Source: Octopus sinensis
Taxonomy: Eukaryota
Assembly: GCF_006345805.1 (NCBI RefSeq)
Contig: NC_043013.1
Location: 9,176,001-9,240,000, forward strand
Length of the DNA: 64,000 nucleotides
Direction: 5' to 3'
Shown here: positions 1 through 64,000 of the stretch, piece by piece
Layout: the number at the start of each line of letters is the position of its first letter
Position numbering within the stretch: the first letter of the stretch is position 1
Position numbers and translations under genes: made by a program
The notes under the pieces: generated by a model
The model's database searches: none
Told to the model about the DNA's origin: nothing
The model's input: only the letters and a program-made list of their open reading frames with translations

Positions 1-182
1 TCTGCCAGCTCACTGCTCTAATCATGATCATATTAATAAATCTTTGTACTATAAAGCACAAAGCCTGAAATTTTTGGAGAGGGAGCTAGTTTATTACATC
101 AACCCCAGTACTCTACTGCTATTTATTTCATTGATAAGGCAAAGTTGATCTCAGTGAAATTTGAACATATCGGCCAAGCATT

Positions 183-430
183 TACACACTGCTGAGGAGA
201 GCACAAGTCAGGTGGTTAGGCCACTTTGATCGAATGCCTGACACACAATTCCCCAAGAGATTGTTTTATGGCGAACTGGCAGAATGCAAGCACAAGCAAA
301 GTGGACAGAAAAGACACTTCGAAGAGAGTCACTCAAGGCTTCAGAGAAGAGCTTTGAGATCAACCCGATGCCTGGGAAATGTAAGTATATGACTGTCTTG
401 CCTGACCACCTCCTAGAATCAGAATAAGTT
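183..430 (+). mobile_element. RTE/BovB-like LINE ORF2 C-terminal fragment (decayed)
   Basis: Translates as TLLRRAQVRWLGHFDRMPDTQFPKRLFYGELAE..KQSGQKRHF..LKAS.KSFEINP.AWE with frameshifts. This is the RTE C-terminal signature. Confidence 0.8.
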
Positions 431-460
431 TTGCAGGAGCACAAACAAAATGTGAACAAT

Positions 461-830
461 ACAAACAATAACTCCGAGCACCTTTTCAAACTACACCCGT
501 GGACATATTTACAAAGTCAGAAAACAGCCCAGCTCCCATGACATTCGGAAACATTTTTTTTTATGGTAAGAGTTGCTGAAGCATGGAACAAACTGCCGGC
601 ATCAGTTGTTAGTTGTCGGAGCACTGCATCCTTCAAAACTTCCATGCTTCCTGAGATTCGCCAACACTACACCTGATTTTCTCCCCTCCATACACACGCA
701 AGCATGTATCTGACTCATACACTGTTCACTTGCCAGACATTTGTACATTACTGCATATGCTTTATACGCACTTTCTGACAAGTTGTGGTGCACCTGAGCA
801 CTATATACAATAATTTCATTATTATTATTA
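461..830 (+). mobile_element. CR1-type LINE 3' fragment
   Basis: NNSEHLFKL..RGH.YKVRKQ...FF..RVAEAWNKLPASVVSCRSTASFKTSM, followed by the 3'UTR and an (ATT)n tail. Near-identical to the copies at 41.5, 45.3 and 50.1 kb. Confidence 0.85.
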
Positions 831-1035
831 TAATAGAGACAATGCCATTGAGCAATTTGTCCAGCATGGTAACGATTCAGCCAGCTCACCACCTTATTAA
901 TACTAATAATGTTTTTATTAACCACTAAGGGTTCACAAAAGTCATTGGAGATGTTACAGGACAGTATAATGTGGGGTTACGTATGAACATGTAATAAGTA
1001 AAAATCGGTAACAATATAAAATAATGAATATTTCA

Positions 1036-1385
1036 GGTGTAGGAGTGGCTGTGTGGTAAGTAGCTTGCTTACGAACCACATGGTTCCGGGTTCAGTCCCA
1101 CTGCATGGCACTTTGGGCAAGTGTCTTCTACTAAAGCCTTGTGAGTGGATTTGGTAGACGGAAACTGAAAGAAGCCCGTTGTATATATGTATGTTAGTGT
1201 GTCTGTGTTTGTACCCCCAACAATGCTGGTGTGTTTACATCCCCGTAACTTAGTGGGTCGGTAAAAGAGACTGATAGAATAAGTACTAGGCTTGCAAAGA
1301 ATAAGTCCTGGGGTCGATTTGCTTGACTAAAGGCGGTGCTCCAGCATAGCCACAGTCAAAATGACTGAAACAAGTAAAAGAGTAA
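1036..1385 (+). mobile_element. tRNA-derived SINE family A (CORE-like), full length
   Basis: A-box-like GGCTGTGTGGTAAG, B-box-like GGTTCAGTCCC, then (c/t)ttgggcaagtgtcttctacta, a TG/TA linker, and tail ...gactgaaacaagtaaaagagta. About 20 copies in the window. Confidence 0.85.
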
Positions 1386-1579
1386 TTCCCCAAGTGTGAG
1401 ACTTCCCAGGGCTGCCAGTGAGGACCCCACAAAACCATGGTTGCCCTGACCACTAGGGCAAGTGCACCCTCCACTTTCCTCTTTCAACCTATAGGTGCCT
1501 GCTTAGAGAAGGCCTGTTTAAAGGTCTCCAGTTTTAGTGAGAGGAGATTAGTCAATCACATCAATCCCAAAGCTTGACT

Positions 1580-1960
1580 CTCTTTTACTTCTTTCAGTCA
1601 TTTGACTGGCCAGGCTGGAGCACCGCATTTAGTCAAGCAAATCAACCCCCAGGACTTATTCTTTGTAAGCCTAGTACTTATTCTATCGGTCTCTTTTGCT
1701 GAACCACTAAGTGACGAGGATGTAAACACACCAGCATCGGTTGTCAAGTGATGTTGTGGGGACAAACACAGACGCACAAACATATATATACATATATACG
1801 ACGGGCTTATTTCAGTTTCCATCTACCAAATCCACTCAAGACTTTGGTCGGCCCAAGGCTATAGTAGAAGACACTTGTCCAAAGTGCCACATAGCGGGAC
1901 TGAACTCGGAACCATGTGGTTGGTAAGCAAGCTACTTAGCACACAGCCACTCCTGCGCCT
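1580..1960 (-). mobile_element. SINE family A, full length
   Basis: Reverse complement of the 1036-1385 consensus. Confidence 0.85.
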
Positions 1961-2419
1961 ATGGTACTGGTACTTTATTTTATTAATCCCTAAAGGATAA
2001 AAACTAAAATGACCTTGGCATGATACGAACTCTTCCCACAGATAAAAATAAATGGGTTTGCAGAGAGTCATCACCCTTACCTAGAGAAAATCCCAGTTAT
2101 AGAAGCATTGATTACAATTCAAAACCAACAAAATCTCGGAGAGAATGGCCTCCCCTCCTGAGGGAATGGCTGTGACAGCCCAGAATGAAGAACAGACAAC
2201 AAAAATTGTTGATGGAGTGAAGGGTTTTAAGTAAATATGCATGACCAGAGTAGTCCGTCACTTATTCAATAATTCAAAAAGCAGGTTACTGAGACGATTG
2301 ACCAATTGTATAGTCAATATTGACACTGTTGAGGTCCATTTTACATCATTCTATTGACATTCATCATCGTCATCCATTCTGGTATGGGTTGGAGTGTATA
2401 TATATATATAGAGAGAGAG

Positions 2420-2670
2420 AGAGCGGTTGTATACCATCAACTTAACGTGACAGTCCCGTAAAGGGAATCACACCACCACTATTTAGCCCTGGGAAGCATC
2501 GACGCTTCCTGTTGGCTTTGACACATTTCCTGTGTCCTTATATTTGCGAAGGGGACACAGGAAATGTGTCAAAGCCGACAGGAAGCGTTGATGCTTCCTA
2601 GGGCTAAATAGTGGTGGTGTGATTCCCTTTACGGGACTGTCATGTTATGTTGACAGTATACAACCGCTCT
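2420..2670. repeat. Long fold-back element (about 120-bp arms, about 10-nt loop)
   Basis: 2420-2539 is the reverse complement of 2549-2670, with about 7 substitutions and a small indel next to the loop. Flanked by TA/GA microsatellite. Confidence 0.9.
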
Positions 2671-3003
2671 ATCGCTCCACCACCGCTCATTTAATATTTC
2701 TGATATATATATATATTTATATATATGAGTGTGTGTGTGTACACATTCATCAGTCACCTGCTGCACTTACCTGCCATTTGTTAAATGTAATGTTTGCTGC
2801 ATTTTAATCTATCACACGTCTTTATTTTAAGCACCAGTCATAAATCAGTTAAAATGAAAAGTACTTTCATAAACATCTGTTGACATTTGGAGGTTGATTT
2901 CTTTTTCTTTCCTTTTTAAAATTAATTACAGGTGCAGGTAGGACTCTGTGGTTTGCATAGGGTCAACACCCTTACCTAGAGAAAATCTCATTTATAGAAG
3001 CAT

Positions 3004-3391
3004 TACTCTTTTACTTGTTTCAGTCATTTGACTGCGGCCATGCTGAAGCACCACCTTTAGTCGAGCAAATCGACCCCGTGACTTATTCTTTGTAAGCCTA
3101 GTACTTATTCCATCGGTCTCTTGCCGAACCGCTAATTGACGGGGACGTAAACACACCAGCATCGGTTGTCAAGCAATGCTAGGGGGACAAACACAGACAC
3201 ACAAACATATATATATATAAATATATACGACAGGCTTCTTTCAGTTTCCGTCTGCCAAATCCACTCACAAGGCATTGGTTGGCCTGGGGCTATAGCAGAA
3301 GACACTTGCCCAAGATGCCATGCAGTGGGACTGAACCCGGAACCATGTGGTTGGTTAGCAAGCTACTTACCACACAGCCACTCCTGCGCCT
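3004..3391 (-). mobile_element. SINE family A, full length
   Basis: Same head, core and tail; interrupts a local direct repeat. Confidence 0.85.
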
Positions 3392-3619
3392 ATGATGACA
3401 ATTGATGACAATTCAAAACCAACAAGATCTCAGATAGAATGGCCTCCCCTCCTGAGGGAATGGCTGTGACAGCCCAGAATGAAGAACAGTTTAATGCTTC
3501 AACAAATATGTTTTAGCAAAATTTTTCTACCCAGCACCACTCAAAAAAAAAAAACAAAAAAAAACGAAACAAATTAATTTTGCATGTAAATACAAAATCA
3601 AAATCAAATCTGATGACTG

Positions 3620-4137
3620 ACATCCGTGCCAGAGGGGTACAAAGAACACCATACGAGTGTGATCGTTGACAGAACGGCCAACCAGCTTCCGTACCAGTGG
3701 TACATAAAAGGCATCATTTGAGTGTGATCGTTACCAGCGTTGCCTTACTGGCACTTGTGCCCATGCCAGCAGGGTGCCAAGAGCATGATCGTTGCCAGAG
3801 CAGCCAACTAGCTTCCGTGCCGGTGGCATGTAAAAGGGCACCATTCGAGCATGATCGTTACCAATGTTGCCTTACTGGCACCCATGCTAGTGGCATGTGT
3901 AAAAAGATTCGAGTGAGGTCATTGCCAGTTCCGCCTGACTGGCCCCCATGCCGGTGGCACGTAAAAAGCACCCACTACACTCTCGGAGTGGTTGGCATTA
4001 GGAAGGGCATCCAGCTGTAGAAACTCTACCAGATCAAGATTGGAGCCTGGTGCAGCCATCTGGTTCGCCAGCTCTCAGTCAAAATCGTCCAACCTATGCT
4101 AGCATGGAAAGCGGACGTTAAAGGATGATGATGATGA
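3620..4137 (+). mobile_element. Family D retroposon (RTE-type tail ending in (GAT)n; upstream tandem array)
   Basis: Repeated gtgccggtggcacgtaaaaagcacc-type units, then ggttggcattaggaagggcatccagctgtagaaac...catgctagcatggaaagcggacgttaaa(gat)n. At least 15 copies in the window. Confidence 0.8.
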
Positions 4138-4748
4138 TACAAATTGGACATCCTTCAGTGAAGAAATTGAGTATTCAATTCTTTTGGTGGATTTCAAGAA
4201 TTTCGAGGAATTTTTTTGAGCAATGAAATAGAACAAGTGCAGTTAGTTTATGTCTAGATAAATTTGGAAATCAGTCTCCACACAATCACCATAGGTTTTC
4301 TAACTAGTCCAGGACTAATCAGGTGATTGAAAACCAGGTTATACCATCCCTAAAATGCACTAGAAGGGAAAGATAAAATGTTCATGTTGTTTTGGTTATG
4401 AATGTTTCACATATGTCATGTGACTCAACCCGATGGTCACATGGTCAATACTATTAAACATGGATAGATGCTGGCATGGGTGTGTGATAAGAAGTTTTCA
4501 ACCCAACCATATTCCTATGGATCCAGTCCTATTACGTGGCACCTTGGTGCAAGGGTCTTCTACTATAGCCCCAGCTGAGCAAAGCCTTGTGAGTGGATTT
4601 GGTAAACAGAAACTGAAAGAAGTCTGTCATATATCTTTTGCTTGTTTCAGTCATTAGACTGCAGTTGTGCCGGGGCACCATCTTGGAGAATTTTAGTTGA
4701 ATGAATCAACCCCTGTACTTATTCCATCAGTTTCTTAAACCACTAAAT

Positions 4749-5029
4749 TTGTTCCTTCTCGAGCCATACCTGGCTCATAAGGGCCAGTTTCCCGGTTACC
4801 TTGGCATATAGGTTCCCCACCTGGATGGAATGCTGGGTCCATCGCAGGTGAGCTGCAAGATGCAGGAGGAAAGAGTGAGAGAAAGTTGTGGCGAAAGAGT
4901 CAGCAGAAGTTCGCCATTACCTTCTGCCGGAGCTGTGAGGAGCTTAGGTGTTTTGCTCATAAACATACACATTGCCCGGTCTGAGATTTGAACCTGCGAT
5001 CCCTCGATTGCGAGTCCGCTGCTCTAACT
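4749..5029 (-). mobile_element. SINE family C (tail type 3)
   Basis: Same domain; tail ...ggcccttatgagccaggtatggctcgagaaggaac. Confidence 0.75.
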
Positions 5030-5822
5030 GAAAAGCAAATCTGTGGTACTGAGCAGAATATTTGCTATAATGATATTTCTGCTTCAGCAACTCAGAGCTG
5101 AATCTGTTTGAAATGTAATGGAAAATAGGTCGGTTTCAAAACGATGTCTGGTTCACAAAAGCAAAGTTTGAAGAGAACAGCAGACATTTCCTTTGATTTC
5201 TAGATAGAAGCAAATAGGAAATAACACTGACCAAAGACAAAACAAAAAACTTGTTACACAGTGTTATCTAATGTGTCCACTTATATAAAATAATGGTTTG
5301 CGATTTGAGGCCACTAAACCTGCTTTTTCTAGCAGGCTGAACACCCATGTAGGGGCTTCCTGCATGGTTTGTGTAGTGGTTAATAAGTCATAGTATCATT
5401 GTTGAAGACTATGTTGTCATTGGTTAACAATGAGAAAATATAAACATGAGACGAGTAGGCACAGCTGTTTGGACACTGGCGATTTGGCATGGCTAACTGG
5501 ACACTGGACCAGTTTTGTAACAGTAATTTTTAGGCACTAGAGATAAATACACATACATGCAGAAATATGCATACCAAGAGACAGACATTACAATTTATCA
5601 ATTGAACACGACAGACAAACACTTTCCCATGCCTCATACATATCAAAGGAAATATGCTTGAACACACAGAAGAGGGGAGAGAACTGTTAAAATGGCTGAT
5701 GTCAAATAAGTCCATGTTGAACCAGCAATGCCAAATAGGTAGCACCAAAATGGCTATGCCCAAATGTCTCACACACAAGAAAGTACATGATAAAATAACA
5801 AACACATTAGAGAGCAATTAAT

Positions 5823-5828
5823 TTTATT
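5823..5828 (-). promoter_or_regulatory. Candidate polyadenylation signal AATAAA for COPA
   Basis: tttatt on the + strand, about 225 nt past the stop codon. No transcript evidence. Confidence 0.4.
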
Positions 5829-6051
5829 AACCTATTAACGTATATATAATATATGTTTAAATATATATATGTATATTTTTATAAGCCAAAAAAAAAAAAG
5901 TTGTATTAATAGTACCTGTTACTTTATATCCATAGTAAAATAGAATGAAAAATGTAGGAATATGGAGATGGTAACAATTCTGTAAACCTGTGCTTTCAAT
6001 GGAATTATTAGGTCAAAATGATCCATGGTTAAAATACTGTTGAAATCCAAA

Positions 6052-61679
<55,628 letters not shown>

Positions 61680-61870
61680 AGTCGAGGGACTGCAATCGGC
61701 GAATGGTTTGTTGACTGGTTCTTCTTCGTAAAGCTCTCGACTTCGGGATAAATTGTAAAAAATGTCAACGTGGATTGAACATGGCAGAACTTCCTGTTCA
61801 GCAGCGAAATATATGTCGCTTGCTGATTGGTCCATATTAACCAGTCCCTGTCGACGACACCTGTTTTGAC
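61680..61870 (-). promoter_or_regulatory. COPA 5'UTR / core promoter region
   Basis: Locally CpG-rich unique sequence upstream of the ATG, with an ETS-like CAGGAAGT (61789-61796) and a CCAAT box (61826-61830) on the minus strand. TSS unknown. Confidence 0.45.
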
Positions 61871-61926
61871 ACAATCAAAGAAGTCTTGTCACTTAGTCTC
61901 AGCTGATGGCTGCAAGAAAACGTCAA

Positions 61927-62136
61927 CCCTTTCATTACTGTATTCATTTTGAGATGCTCTGTGTTTCTTTCAATCGTTTTAAATATAAGAAAGAATTTAG
62001 TAAAACAATTTAGTTATCATTCAGCTAATGTTAGGAGCATAAACTGTGACTAAGGTTTAGTGGAAAATTTTAATTCAAAACATATGAAAACAAGATATTT
62101 TACCACAGAGCCAGAGGTGGTTTAGTAACAAAAGGG
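61927..62136. mobile_element. piggyBac-type MITE (P1) immediately upstream of the COPA promoter
   Basis: CCCTTTCATTAC ... GTAACAAAAGGG; body matches 39873-40092. Confidence 0.75.
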
Positions 62137-62363
62137 AACGTAAACAATTACATCTTTCTGGAGCCGTTTTTTTTTTGCTATGTATAACAAACACCAGGCG
62201 AAATTATATTCGTTTTACTTTTTCATGCATTGTCAGTTTAGAACCAGAAATGTAATTTCATAACTCTAGTAATTTTTCATGGTCTCCTATCAAATAAATT
62301 AGACTTCTCATGAGATCGTTATTACTTTGTGGCTAACCACTAAGGGTGGGTGTTACTGTAGCT

Positions 62364-62798
62364 CAGTGGTTTTCAACCAGGGTTCTGCCAGTACAGTCCA
62401 GGGGTTCCGCAAGAAGTTACAAAACTGTTCTTTTCCTGACGCTTGTACATTACTCTATGTACTATATATTTCTTTATTACCCACAAGGGGACAAACAAGG
62501 ACAGACAAACGGATTAAGTCGATCACATCGACCCCAGTGCGTAACTGGTACTTAATTTATCGACCCCGAGAGGATGAAAGGCAAAGTCGACCTCGGCGGA
62601 ATATACACTTTAGATGAGTTGTAGTGCACCTGAGCACTGTACACAATGTTTTATTATTATTTTAATAAAATCGGCAGTAATTTTTAATTTTCCTGTGCAG
62701 ATATGTATGCATAGGACTTAAATTATTGCACAGGGTTCCCCGAGCCAGTGGAATGTTTCCTTGGGGTTCCGCTCCAGCAAAAAGTTTGAAAAGCACTG
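62364..62798. mobile_element. hAT (Charlie-like) MITE with nested insertions
   Basis: TIRs CAGTGGTTTTCAA / TTGAAAAGCACTG; perfect 8-bp TSD CTGTAGCT (62356-62363, 62799-62806). Confidence 0.85.
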
Positions 62799-64000
62799 CT
62801 GTAGCTTGTAGCCCCAGCCAGCTGGAGGAGATGTTCCCCTGGGGTTACAAGCCATATTGAGATGGCAAATATACCTCACATTGTCGTGCAGTTATTGTTT
62901 ATACCTCGTTCAGAGATTTACTATCGTTATTATTTTATTAACAATATAATTTGTTTTCTCTTATCCAGTCATTTATTTGAAAATAATAAAGCTGTAGTAT
63001 TTAGTTGAGTCCCTCTAACATTGATTTTATTTTGATTTAATAACACAAGGAAAAATCGATTCAATCGACCTTGATGTATTATTATCTTAATCCCTCCTGG
63101 ATGATGACGACGCAGGAAGAGTGAAAAGCCAAGTCAAACCTCAACCCGTTTTGAACTTATAAACGTAACTTCCAATACTTTTTTTAAGCATAAGGTCAAC
63201 AGATGGAGCAAAGATTTAATCAAAGACAATCTACTGTTTCACTCCGACAGAGAGTTCGTTCGACAAACAGAAGAAATAAAGCTCAGTACATGAATATATT
63301 TACTTTCTCATTTTTAAACGTCAGAATTCTTTAAAACGACTCAAGAACTTGAAAGAATTGTAATTCAATCTTTGCTTGGAAATAGGTGAGAGTTAGCAAC
63401 AGGAGGGGCATCTGGTCGCAGAAAAATTTTCCTCGACGAATTCTATCTCAACCTCACAAGTATGGAAAAGTAAAAGTTAAAACAATGAGTATGATGATGT
63501 TCAAATTCTGCTGTGGTTGACTTTTAACATTTCAATTTTAATGAAATAAATATCTGTAATCTACATATTTAAATTCCATTGAGGGAACCTTTTCTTATAA
63601 AAAAAATATGCTTTACTACTTCAGTGAAAAAAAAATTGATGCAAACTAAATTCCAATTACCTCCCTTTAGTTAACAGTAAATGAGAAATGTACATCTATA
63701 ATACTGTTTTCTAATATAGGCACAATGCCAGCAATTTTTTTGCAGTGGGGTGGAACTAGTTGATTACATAACCCCAGAATTTGACTGTCCTTATTATATC
63801 AACCTCTAAAGGATGAAAAGCAAAGCTGATTTGAATTCAGAATGAAAAGAGCTAGAAAACATATCGCAAGTCTCTTTTTCCTACACACTAATCATTCTGC
63901 AAATCCACCCCCATTTGAGGATTACATTGATCCTTTTTTATCACCCATTATCCCTTGGAGTGTTGTGAGGGTAGAGTCCTAAACACTTCCTCTATAGGGT

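Noticed and set aside
1036-1110. tRNA-like sequences with A and B boxes
   Set aside because: These are SINE heads: no complete cloverleaf or acceptor stem, and always followed by SINE core.
63203-63340. 43-codon + strand ORF (MEQRFNQRQ...) as a divergent gene
   Set aside because: Short, with no splice donor or homology; flanked by decayed repeats.

Overview
Eukaryotic, AT-rich, repeat-dense DNA, most likely from an octopus or other coleoid cephalopod (inferred from the repeat families, not proven). The window holds one complete protein-coding gene, coatomer subunit alpha (COPA), on the minus strand from ATG 61679 to TAG 6052. I mapped 32 coding exons by hand, all with GT-AG introns. They sum to 3671 nt, one base short of an intact 1223-aa frame. 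The missing base lies in exon 29 near 9330 and causes a frameshift, most likely an assembly indel in an essential gene. The rest is intronic or flanking mobile DNA: at least four tRNA-derived SINE families, a headless element with an RTE-type tail and variable tandem arrays, CR1, RTE and Tx1/L1 LINE fragments, three non-autonomous Helitron families, piggyBac, hAT and Tigger-type MITEs, two long fold-back elements, and micro- and minisatellites. The most interesting non-coding signals are: two short elements carrying Penelope-type minimal hammerhead-like motifs, a compensatory base-pair change and a flipped loop in a Helitron terminal hairpin, SINE tail swapping with a local LINE donor, and a GC-rich RTE insert. 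Almost all ORFs in the supplied track are repeat-derived and spurious. I found no evidence for a wholly new multi-gene system. Repeat coordinates are approximate (roughly +/-10-20 bp) unless termini or TSDs are quoted.
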